Of a DNA stretch of 64,000 nucleotides, positions 28,092 to 37,498 are shown one piece after another. The notes beneath the pieces were generated by a model that saw only the letters and a list, made by a program, of their open reading frames with translations, did no database searches and was not told where the DNA came from. Numbering within the stretch: position 1 is the stretch's first letter; each line of letters opens with the position of its first letter. Source of the DNA: an uncultured Chloroflexia bacterium (GTDB lineage: Bacteria; Chloroflexota; Limnocylindria; Limnocylindrales; CSP1-4); contig CAVYXU010000064.1 of the NCBI GenBank assembly GCA_963772565.1, forward strand, positions 2,666-66,665, written 5' to 3'. The position numbers were made by a program, and so were the translations under genes.

Positions 28092-29300
28092 TTGCCCGCC
28101 GTCGATGAGGGCCGGATCGGCCGGATCTTTCAGGAGGAGTCCGGCCGATCGGTGGCGACGCTGATCCGGATCTTCGGCGACATCGACCTCGCGGAGGACG
28201 CCGTCCAAGAGGCGTTTGCCCTGGCGCTCGCGAAGTGGCCCGTGAACGGGCTGCCGCCCAACCCCGGCGGCTGGATCACCACGACCGCGCGCCACCGCGC
28301 CATCGACCATCTCCGGCGCGAGGCGCGTGGGCGCGAGCTGCGCTCGGCGGCGGCCGACACCTCGGGCGATGCCGCAGAGCAGGAGAGCGGCCCCGTGCAG
28401 GACGACCGACTCCGCCTGATCTTCACCTGTTGCCACCCGGCGCTCTCGACGGAGGCGCAGGTTGCCCTGACGCTTCGACTGCTGGGGGGCCTGAGCACCG
28501 CGGAGGTCGCCCGCGCCTTTCTCGTCTCCGAGCCGACGATGGCCAAGCGCATGGTCCGCGCCAAGCACAAGATCAAGGCAGCCGGTATCCCCTACCGGGT
28601 GCCGTCCGCGGCTGACCTGCCGGGCCGGCTCCGTCCGGTGCTCGCAGTCCTGTACCTCATCTACAACGAGGGCACCCGCGGGCCGACCGGCGATGCGCTG
28701 CGCCGGGAGGCGCTGCGGCTCGTGCGTGCGGTTGCCGGGCTCATGCCTGACGAGGCAGAGGTCTCCGGCCTGCTGGCGCTCCTCCTGCTGAGCGAGTCCC
28801 GCTGGCCGGCAAGGTTCACGGCCACCGGCAGTCTCGTGCTGCTCCGCGACCAGGATCGCGGGCGATGGGATCGAGCGATGATCGAGGAGGGTCACGCGCT
28901 CGTACGCGCCTGCCTCCGACGTAACCAGCCGGGCCCGTACCAGGTCCAGGCGGCGATCAATGCGGTCCACGCGGATGCCACGTCGATCGAGGCGACCGAT
29001 TGGCGCCAGATCCTCGCCCTGTACGACCAGCTGCTCGCGTTGACCCCGACCCCGATCGTGGCCATGAACCGCGCGATCGCCTTGGCGGAGGTTCGGGGTC
29101 CGGAGGCGGCTCTGGGCATCCTCGACGTGCTCGGCCTCGACGAGCACCACCTGTTCCACGCCGCCCGGGGCGATCTGCTGCGCCGCCTCGCGCGGCCCGA
29201 GGACGCGGCCCGTGCCTATGCGCGAGCGGCCGCCCTCGCAACGAGCGAGGCGGAGCGCGCGTTCCTCACCGGACGGCTGGGCCAGACCCAGCCGTTTTGA
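28092..29300 (+). CDS. ECF-type sigma factor with long C-terminal (TPR-like/DUF6596-type) extension
   Basis: TTG start. DIDLAEDAVQEAFALALAKWP (region 2), LRLLGGLSTAEVARAFLVSEPTMAKRMVRAKHKI (region 4), then LAVLYLIYNEG and a helical tail. Confidence 0.8.
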   Translation: MPAVDEGRIGRIFQEESGRSVATLIRIFGDIDLAEDAVQEAFALALAKWPVNGLPPNPGGWITTTARHRAIDHLRREARGRELRSAAADTSGDAAEQESGPVQDDRLRLIFTCCHPALSTEAQVALTLRLLGGLSTAEVARAFLVSEPTMAKRMVRAKHKIKAAGIPYRVPSAADLPGRLRPVLAVLYLIYNEGTRGPTGDALRREALRLVRAVAGLMPDEAEVSGLLALLLLSESRWPARFTATGSLVLLRDQDRGRWDRAMIEEGHALVRACLRRNQPGPYQVQAAINAVHADATSIEATDWRQILALYDQLLALTPTPIVAMNRAIALAEVRGPEAALGILDVLGLDEHHLFHAARGDLLRRLARPEDAARAYARAAALATSEAERAFLTGRLGQTQPF

Positions 29301-29304
29301 CGAG

Positions 29305-29361
29305 CGGTACCTCGCGCAAGTTCGCCGATTCGTGCGATGACGACGTCAGGCGCTGCCGAGC
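29305..29361 (+). repeat. copy A of a ~57-nt element (partner at 34899..34954)
   Basis: cggtacctcgcgcaagttcgccgattcgtgcgatgacgacgtcaggcgctgccgagc. My hand alignment to copy B matches about 46 of 57 positions with one 1-nt gap. The first ~36 nt are the best conserved. Confidence 0.7.
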
Positions 29362-29463
29362 CACCACCAACCGATCGTCGTGCGGCGTCGTTCCGACAAC
29401 GCCAGACCCTGGACGAGGCCGCCCCGCGCATTTCCCCGCTGCAAACGGTGCCCCACGCCGAGC

Positions 29464-29513
29464 GTTGACGCCTCGGTGACTTCCCCGTGATCCGGGCGTG
29501 ACGGCCCGGTGAC
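29464..29513 (+). promoter_or_regulatory. five direct hexamer repeats phased at exactly 11 bp (candidate SARP box)
   Basis: GTTGAC 29464, GGTGAC 29475, CGTGAT 29486, CGTGAC 29497, GGTGAC 29508. The array ends ~90 nt upstream of the ATG at 29604. Confidence 0.35.
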
Positions 29514-29603
29514 GACGGTCTCGTCAGCCTACCGGGTCCCGAACCGGTCTTCGGTCACCTGATGAGGCGGGACGGGGTGGAACAGCTGCGAAAGGTGGTC
29601 GTG

Positions 29604-31790
29604 ATGGCTGAGCGGAAGGCTTCCGGGCTGAGCGGTCGGATCGAGCTGGAAGGCGTGGACGCGCGGAGCGCTCGTCCTGCGCTCGCCATCCACGCGTTGA
29701 CCGCCGACGGGACGGTGACCGGATCGACCAAGGTCGCTGACGACGGCAAGTTTGCGTTGCCCGCGGGCGCGCTCGAGAAGGCCGTCCGGCTCGTGATCGG
29801 TGATGCATCGGCAGATCCGACCGCTGAGGGGGAGCGGTTCATCGGCTATCGAGTCGATGACGCCAGGGAGCTCTTCAAGGGCGAAGCGCTCCACCTGCCG
29901 GAATCGTCCTGGGGCACCCTGTTCGGATATTTCGAGTGCGTCTCCGGCAGCGTCCGGCGCTGCTTCCCCTGGTGGTCGCTGGTCGAGTACCTGCAAGCCT
30001 CGGCATCGATCTCGCCACTCGCCTCGATCTCGGGCGAGTCCAGGGCCGCGGATCTGGTCAACGTCTCCGTCATCGATCCCGCGATCGTCTTCCACCCTTA
30101 CCGCTGCGCGACCATCTGTCAGGGTGTGGTGGAGGTCTACCGCCGGACGTGCTGCTGCGAGCCGCCGGTCATCATCGACCCAGGTGACATCTTCGACGGA
30201 CCGGTCGTGTGGCCACCCCACTGGCCGCCGCCGGGCGACCCGCCATTCCCGATGCCGCACGATCCGCCCGGACCCCTGCCGATTCCCCCGGGGCCGGGCC
30301 CGGATCCGGCCCCATTCGAGCAGCTCGACCGGATCGCCTCCGATGGTGCGCTCGACATCCGCAAGCTCAACGCGGAGCGAGACGCATTCGCGCTCAAGAC
30401 CCTCAAGGGATCGCAACTCTCCGCGTACGTCAAGCTCCGCCCCTACCTGTGGTGCACATGCGGTGTCGGGACCAAGGTCGCCGAAGGCCTGATCTCGGAT
30501 GACGGATCGTTCTCCGTCTGCTGGCGGGACTTCCCGAGATTTCTCGCACCCGGCTGCAGCGACGAGTACGCCTACAGGGTCAAGCAGGTGATCAACGGTC
30601 TGACGGTGACCGTCTACGACGGTCCGGCTGCCGGGCAGTGGTTTACTGCGAACGCGAACCCGACCCTGACGTCGTACAGCCGCGTCGCGGTGTCGTGCAC
30701 GGGCGATCCGGTGATCCCGGGAGCCGACGACGCGATCGTGCTGTTGCACGAGATCGGCTCGACCGAGAGCTGGCACCTTGGCACGCCCGCCCAGGATTCG
30801 CCGGACTCCGTCCAGGGGCTTCTGGCCAATTCTGGGCTGATCGATCCTGCGCCCATCGACGGTCCATCTGTGAACCGACCGCTCGGCTCCACCCTCGGGC
30901 TCCGCTACTTCTTCAGCAAGGGAATGCAGACGCTCGGCGCGCGGTTCTTCCGCGTCGATATCGCCTCCGCGAATGGCGCCGGGGATCCCGTCGGTACATG
31001 GACGGCGGTTCCGGTGCCGGCCTGGACGGCGTGGAAGTGGGTGTCGGGAACCGGATTCATCCGGGCACAGCACTCGCTCGGCCCGGATGCGAACGGCTTG
31101 TACGTCATCCCGTTCGGGACCGGTGGACCGCTCTCCGCCTTTGAGGAGTGGGACCCGGACCAGTTCCATGCACTGCTCGACACCACGCAACATCCAAACG
31201 GGAAGTACCTCGTTCGCGTGCAGGTCTTCGATGCCGGTGGCAACCAGATCAAGCCGACCGGCGCCATCGGACCGGGCACAGCCAAACCATTCACGTTCGG
31301 GCGGTGGCGGATCCCCGCGGGCCCGCCGGACGCCGTTCCGTACTCGGCCCTGACCCACGCGGTGTGGTGGGACAATCGGCCGGCAGGCGCCTCGATCGAA
31401 GGCGTTCGACTCGCGTCGGTCAGCGGATCCGCGACCTGTCAGTTCCTCGATGGGCCGCCGACGGCCGCGGTATCCATCGACTACCGCGCCTACCACCCGC
31501 ACCCGACGAACACCGGCGAGCCGTCCTTCCTGGCTGGCTTCTCGCTGTCCGTGACGAAGGGCATCGGCGGCGGGACCCCGCTGTCCACCGGCGGCTTCCC
31601 CGAGCAGGGAAAGCCGCCCGGCCCAGCGGCCATCAACTCATCGTCCACCCTCGGGAGTCTTCTCGGCGCGGACACGAAGTGCGCGTTCGCCGTGACCGTG
31701 GGCGCCAGGGTCAAGACCACCAACGGGAGCGGGACGCTCCTTTCCCTCAATCGCTACGCTGTCGCGGCCTTCGCGGCCGAACAGAGCTGA
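29604..31790 (+). CDS. hypothetical 728-aa protein, Cys- and Pro-rich, no signal peptide recognised
   Basis: ATG at 29604 with AAAGGTGG 6 nt upstream. Normal amino-acid composition, whereas the antisense ORF is Arg-rich. Features: GRIELEG...DGKFALP (carboxypeptidase-regulatory-like beta-sandwich hint), RTCCCEPP, WPPHWPPPGDPPFPMPHDPPGPLPIPPGPGPDP. I recognise no family. Confidence 0.7.
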   Translation: MAERKASGLSGRIELEGVDARSARPALAIHALTADGTVTGSTKVADDGKFALPAGALEKAVRLVIGDASADPTAEGERFIGYRVDDARELFKGEALHLPESSWGTLFGYFECVSGSVRRCFPWWSLVEYLQASASISPLASISGESRAADLVNVSVIDPAIVFHPYRCATICQGVVEVYRRTCCCEPPVIIDPGDIFDGPVVWPPHWPPPGDPPFPMPHDPPGPLPIPPGPGPDPAPFEQLDRIASDGALDIRKLNAERDAFALKTLKGSQLSAYVKLRPYLWCTCGVGTKVAEGLISDDGSFSVCWRDFPRFLAPGCSDEYAYRVKQVINGLTVTVYDGPAAGQWFTANANPTLTSYSRVAVSCTGDPVIPGADDAIVLLHEIGSTESWHLGTPAQDSPDSVQGLLANSGLIDPAPIDGPSVNRPLGSTLGLRYFFSKGMQTLGARFFRVDIASANGAGDPVGTWTAVPVPAWTAWKWVSGTGFIRAQHSLGPDANGLYVIPFGTGGPLSAFEEWDPDQFHALLDTTQHPNGKYLVRVQVFDAGGNQIKPTGAIGPGTAKPFTFGRWRIPAGPPDAVPYSALTHAVWWDNRPAGASIEGVRLASVSGSATCQFLDGPPTAAVSIDYRAYHPHPTNTGEPSFLAGFSLSVTKGIGGGTPLSTGGFPEQGKPPGPAAINSSSTLGSLLGADTKCAFAVTVGARVKTTNGSGTLLSLNRYAVAAFAAEQS

Positions 31791-31811
31791 CCCGACAGGA
31801 GGGATCGACTC

Positions 31812-33851
31812 ATGGCCGAGAACAAGCGCCCGCGACCGAGGCCGCGCGGCAAGGACGATCAGACGCATCGCGGTCGTTGCGGCACGATGGAGGAGCACCG
31901 CCGGCTGGTGAGGCTCGATCCGGAGTACCGCTGGCGGCGCCGCCACATCGAGGACGAGGTGCGGCAGTGGACCAGGCTCTACGGAGGCGAGGGCCTTCGC
32001 ACGGGCCTCATCCGCATTCCGGTCGTCGTGCACGTGGTCTGGAACACGGCCGCGGAGAACATCTCCGACGCCAAGATCCAGTCGCAGCTGGACGTCATCA
32101 ACGCGGACTTCCGCCGCCTCAACCTTGATGCCAGCTCCACCCCGGCGGCATTCGCGGGTGTCGCCGCAGACGCCCGGATCGAGTTCGCCCTGGCCGTCCG
32201 TGACCCGAGCTGCGCCACGACGACGGGGATCACCCGCACACACACGACCGCCACCGGCTGGACTCGATCCCAGACGGGCATGCTCACGACTGCCGGCGGC
32301 GGTCACGACCCGTGGGACGTGACGAAGTACCTGAACATCTGGGTCGTGAATTACACGGACGGTCTGCTTGGGAAGGGATCCTTCCCGGGCATGCCGGCCG
32401 GACAGCAGGGCGTGCGCTGCCACTACCAGGCATTCGGCACGGTCGCACCCGTCATGGCCACCTACAACCTGGGTCGTACGCTGACCCACGAGATCGGGCA
32501 CTACCTGAACCTGCTCCACATCTGGGGCGACGACGGCGCGCTGTGTACGGGCTCGGACCAGGTCGACGACACGCCGAACCAGGCGGACGAGACGTACACG
32601 CCGCCCGCATTTCCGGCGATCTCCTGCTCGAACGGCCCGAACGGCGACATGTTCATGAACTACATGGACTACACCGATGACGTGGGCATGAACATGTTCA
32701 CCGCCGGTCAGAGCGTGCGGATGGACGCGACGCTGCATACGGCCCGGGCGAGCCTCCTGGCCTCTGACGGTCTGGTGCCGGCGACCGCAGTCCCCGGTTC
32801 GGACCTGTGGTCGAAGGACGTCTCTGACGACTTCGGCGCTGAGCCCGACACGTCGGCGCAGCCGATGTACATCAGCGACGACATCTGGGTCCGGAACACA
32901 AACGACGGCATCGCCAACCAGGATCACCAGAACCCGGAGTTCGGCTCGTCAACGACGTTCGTCTACGTCCGCGTCCGCAACCGTGGGTGCTCGGGAAGCG
33001 CCACGGGAACGGTCCGCCTCTACTGGGCCAAGGCATCGACCGGCCTGTCCTGGCCCGCACCGTGGGATGGCAGCGTGACCACGCCCGCCCTGATGGGCGG
33101 TTTGATCGGCGCTCAGCCCGTCTCCGTCGCGGCCGGCGACGACGAGATCCTGGCCTTTCCGTGGACACCTCCAAATCCTGCCGACTACGCATCGTTCGGT
33201 GCCGACGCCGGCCACTTCTGCCTCCTGTCCCGGATCGAGACCGCGGCCGGACCAGGCTTTGGGATGACGACGATGGAGACGGGCAACCTGTACGCGAACG
33301 TGCAGAACAACAACAACATCGCCTGGAAGAACATCACCGTCGTCGACGAACAGCCCAACGGTCGCCTCAGCGCCGCGGTTATCGCCAACTTCAGCAGGGA
33401 AGGACAACGGGCGTGGCTGGTGTTCTCCACACCGAAGGACGAGCCCGTTTCAATCTTTGACTGGGGCCAGGTGTGGTTGGAGGCTACGCCCGGGCTGCGC
33501 CGGCTGTTGAAGCGATCCGACGCGGACCTGAAAGGGATCGAACAGGTTGACGAGACGTCGTATCGGGTGCTTGAAACGGGCGCCTCGATCGGACCCATCG
33601 ATCTCAAGCCGCGGGACCTGGCGGCGCTCCGGATCTGGTTCGTGGCCAGGTCACCCGATCCCGTCGGGGTCCGCGTGCTGTCCCTCGACCTCCAGCAGGT
33701 CACGGATCATGGTGTGGTGGGCGGCCAGCAATTCGTCATCAAGACTCGGCCGGATCGAAGGGGCGTGGCTCCGGACCGCCCGGCGACGGTCTTCGATGGC
33801 GTCGACTGGCTTCCGGTCGCCGACGGATGCGAGGCGCCCTGCCGCTGCTGA
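31812..33851 (+). CDS. M43-family (pappalysin/ulilysin-like) zinc metallopeptidase with ~350-aa C-terminal beta-sandwich extension
   Basis: AGGAGG 9 nt upstream. RCGTMEEHRRL N-terminal motif. IPVVVHVVW; zinc motif HEIGHYLNLLH (32487..32519); DDTP; MNYMDY Met-turn region. Confidence 0.85.
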   Translation: MAENKRPRPRPRGKDDQTHRGRCGTMEEHRRLVRLDPEYRWRRRHIEDEVRQWTRLYGGEGLRTGLIRIPVVVHVVWNTAAENISDAKIQSQLDVINADFRRLNLDASSTPAAFAGVAADARIEFALAVRDPSCATTTGITRTHTTATGWTRSQTGMLTTAGGGHDPWDVTKYLNIWVVNYTDGLLGKGSFPGMPAGQQGVRCHYQAFGTVAPVMATYNLGRTLTHEIGHYLNLLHIWGDDGALCTGSDQVDDTPNQADETYTPPAFPAISCSNGPNGDMFMNYMDYTDDVGMNMFTAGQSVRMDATLHTARASLLASDGLVPATAVPGSDLWSKDVSDDFGAEPDTSAQPMYISDDIWVRNTNDGIANQDHQNPEFGSSTTFVYVRVRNRGCSGSATGTVRLYWAKASTGLSWPAPWDGSVTTPALMGGLIGAQPVSVAAGDDEILAFPWTPPNPADYASFGADAGHFCLLSRIETAAGPGFGMTTMETGNLYANVQNNNNIAWKNITVVDEQPNGRLSAAVIANFSREGQRAWLVFSTPKDEPVSIFDWGQVWLEATPGLRRLLKRSDADLKGIEQVDETSYRVLETGASIGPIDLKPRDLAALRIWFVARSPDPVGVRVLSLDLQQVTDHGVVGGQQFVIKTRPDRRGVAPDRPATVFDGVDWLPVADGCEAPCRC

Positions 33852-34040
33852 CCCGGCGGCGGCTGCGCTGCCCGGGGCGCCTGGCTGCGGCGCACCGGTA
33901 CCTTTTGGCGACCTCCGAAGCCGATCGGCTGGTGGCAATTGTGGACAAGCCGGTTGCGGTTCGTTCCGCGGCGGGACTACGATCGGTCGTGCCGCGTCCC
34001 CGATGCACGCCTCGTGGGGACCTCCAGAAAGGAGGTGGCC

Positions 34041-34784
34041 GTGCTTCAGCCCCCCATCACGCTGCGCATGCTGGGCCCATTCGTCCTGCGGGCGGCCGGT
34101 CGACGGATCGTCCTTCCGCCGGGGGTCGAACGTGTGGTCGCATTCGTCGCCCTCCAGAACGGGCCCGCCTCCCGCAGCAGCGTCGCAGGCAATCTCTGGC
34201 TCGATACGCCCGAGGACCGTGCCATGGCGAACCTGCGGTCTGCCCTGTGGCGCCTCCGCCGTCCCGGCTTGCCGATCCTGGAGGGGAGCGCCGAATCGCT
34301 CACCCTGTCGCCACACGTCGGCGTCGACACCGAGGAGCTGATCGTCGTCGCGCACCAGCTGCTGGACGGCGTGGCGGGCGTCGACGGGCGCAAGGTCGAC
34401 CAGCTCGCCAAGAGCAGCGATCTCCTCGTGGACTGGTACGACGACTGGGTCGTCGTCGAGCGCGAGCACTTCCGCCAGATCCGGCTGCAGGCGCTCGACC
34501 GGCTCGCGGTCGAGCTCGCGGCCCGCGGCCAGTTCGGGCGTGCCGCGGAGATTGCCCTTGCCGCGGTCGCCAGTGAGCCGCTGCGAGAAAGCGCCCATCG
34601 CGCGCTGATCGCGGTCCACCTTGCGCAGGGCAACCGAAGCGAGGCGATCCGCCAGTACGCGGTCTTTCGCCGCATCATGCGCGACGAGCTGGACCTGGAG
34701 CCGTCACGTCAGATGGACGAGCTGATCGGTCGGGTTCCCGATGCGGCGATTGCGCGGGTCCTGCGGCCAGTGTCGGCGCGATGA
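34041..34784 (+). CDS. small SARP-family transcriptional activator (winged helix + BTAD only)
   Basis: GTG at 34041 with AAAGGAGG upstream. LRMLGPFVLRAAGRRIVLPPGVERVVAFVALQ...ANLRSALWRLRR (winged helix); REHFRQIRLQALDRLAVELAARGQFGRAAEIALAAVASEPLRESAHRALIAVHLAQGNRSEAIRQYAVFRRIMRDELDLEPS (BTAD). Confidence 0.85.
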   Translation: MLQPPITLRMLGPFVLRAAGRRIVLPPGVERVVAFVALQNGPASRSSVAGNLWLDTPEDRAMANLRSALWRLRRPGLPILEGSAESLTLSPHVGVDTEELIVVAHQLLDGVAGVDGRKVDQLAKSSDLLVDWYDDWVVVEREHFRQIRLQALDRLAVELAARGQFGRAAEIALAAVASEPLRESAHRALIAVHLAQGNRSEAIRQYAVFRRIMRDELDLEPSRQMDELIGRVPDAAIARVLRPVSAR

Positions 34785-34898
34785 TCCGGCCGGGGTGCGC
34801 TGGATCGCTCGCCCGATCTCTTCGCGGCCCCGAACTTCCGATCCTGGCTCCGGGCGTCCAGGGCGTCGCGGTCGGCCACCGCGACCGGAGCTGACCAA

Positions 34899-34954
34899 CG
34901 GCACCTCGCGAAAGTCCGCCGATCGTGCGATGATCACACGAGGCGCAGCCGGGC
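34899..34954 (+). repeat. copy B of the ~57-nt element (partner at 29305..29361)
   Basis: cggcacctcgcgaaagtccgccgatcgtgcgatgatcacacgaggcgcagccgggc. Confidence 0.7.
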
Positions 34955-35169
34955 AGAGGACGCGTAAGGAAGCGTTGCCGGGCGGCACGGAACGGATGCC
35001 TGCGACACCGCGGGCCGGCCGGTTGACCGCCACTGGCGCCTGATCACACGACGTGTGACCATCCACAAGCGCCCGCCCTGCGCCGACGCCGCGAGACCCA
35101 TCACGTCTCGCACCGATCCCCCGGGCATGCGAACCATCCACGGCGCCGCGGCGCCACCCCGGAGTCACC

Positions 35170-36330
<1,161 letters not shown>

Positions 36331-36386
36331 GTTCGTCGCAGGGCGCCCGGCCTTCGTCTGACGCCGATTGCACCGGTTCCCGCCCG

Positions 36387-36929
36387 TCACCCGGGGTCGC
36401 CACCAAGCGACTTGACCATGATCTGGATCTCGAGGTCGGCCCCCTGCCGAAGCGGATGCCGCCCCCCGGTGTCCACGTAACCGAGACGCTCATAGAACGC
36501 GATCGCCCGCCCGTTCGTCGTGGTGACGCCGAGGCCGATCTGTCCGTAGCCGGCCGCTCGTGCCCAGTCCTCGACCAGCGCGACGATCTCCGCCGCCACC
36601 CGGGTGCCGCGGACTGCCGGATCCACCCACATCGCGTACAGCCCGGCCGCGCAATCGCTGCCCGGGGCCGGGCCGCCGGCCGCGAGGCCGACCAGGCGCC
36701 CGCCGGCCTCCGCGACGACGATGCCGCGATCCGGCCGCGACGCCCAGTCCCGCCACGCATCGTCGTCTCGCACCACCTCCTCGGCGAGCGTGGAGCCGAA
36801 CGCATCCGGGGCATCGGTCAGCGCCAGCAGCCGGATGTCCCGCAATGCCTCCCACTCCTCGGGCAGTAGCCGTCGGACGATGACCCCATGAGCATCGACG
36901 GGACTACGCCCGGAGTCCTGGACGCTCAT
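36387..36929 (-). CDS. GNAT-family N-acetyltransferase
   Basis: LYAMWVDPAVRGTRVAAEIVALVEDWARAAGYGQIGLGV...NGRAIAFYERLGY. Confidence 0.85.
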   Translation of the reverse strand: MSVQDSGRSPVDAHGVIVRRLLPEEWEALRDIRLLALTDAPDAFGSTLAEEVVRDDDAWRDWASRPDRGIVVAEAGGRLVGLAAGGPAPGSDCAAGLYAMWVDPAVRGTRVAAEIVALVEDWARAAGYGQIGLGVTTTNGRAIAFYERLGYVDTGGRHPLRQGADLEIQIMVKSLGGDPG

Positions 36930-37472
36930 CTACGGCTCCGACAGGCTGTCCGTGATCGCGGCCCGGAGGTCGTCGTGCTGCGGACCCAGCGCGGTCGCTT
37001 GGTCATGCCACCGCTCCACGGGGTACAGCCAGACGGGGCGCGTCCGAAGCTCTCCCGGCTCCCAGTCGTACCGGGGCCAGATGTGCGCGTGCAGGAACGC
37101 GTCGGCGTTGCCCAGGATCTCGACGTTGACCCGGCGAAAGGCGGGATCCGCCGCCGCACAGGCACGTTCGACGGCGGCCGCCAGCCGCGCCATGCTGTCC
37201 AGGTAGGCCGAGCGCTGCCCGGGCGCCAGGTCCGACAGGCGTTGTGCGATGGGATCGTCAGCCAATAGGACGCAGTATCCCGGCAGCCATTGGACGTCGC
37301 CGATCACCGCGAAGCCCGCCGGCAGGCGGGCAAGCACGGTCGGGTTCTCGCCCCGCAGCGCCGATCCGATCCGGTCCGCTCTCCAGTCGCTCACCGGCCC
37401 ATTCTGATCCGCAACCTTCTTCTGCGCGTTCGAACACCTCCCACGCCCGCGACCCATAGACTGATCGCCCAC
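36930..37472 (-). CDS. HIT-like (histidine triad) family protein; start uncertain (alternatives down to a GTG at about 37394)
   Basis: AVIGDVQWLPGYCVLLADD and triad-like AFLHAHIWPRY. The stop directly abuts the GNAT start, indicating an operon. Confidence 0.65.
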   Translation of the reverse strand: MGDQSMGRGRGRCSNAQKKVADQNGPVSDWRADRIGSALRGENPTVLARLPAGFAVIGDVQWLPGYCVLLADDPIAQRLSDLAPGQRSAYLDSMARLAAAVERACAAADPAFRRVNVEILGNADAFLHAHIWPRYDWEPGELRTRPVWLYPVERWHDQATALGPQHDDLRAAITDSLSEP

Positions 37473-37498
37473 ACCGGCAATGCCCGGAAGGAGGCGCG

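Noticed and set aside
27627-31502. Minus-strand ORFs 27627..29159 (510 aa) and 29529..31502 (657 aa)
   Set aside because: They are antisense to the YciI and sigma genes and to the 728-aa gene. The plus-strand products have normal composition, RBSs and, for YciI and sigma, clear motifs. The minus-strand products are Arg-rich.
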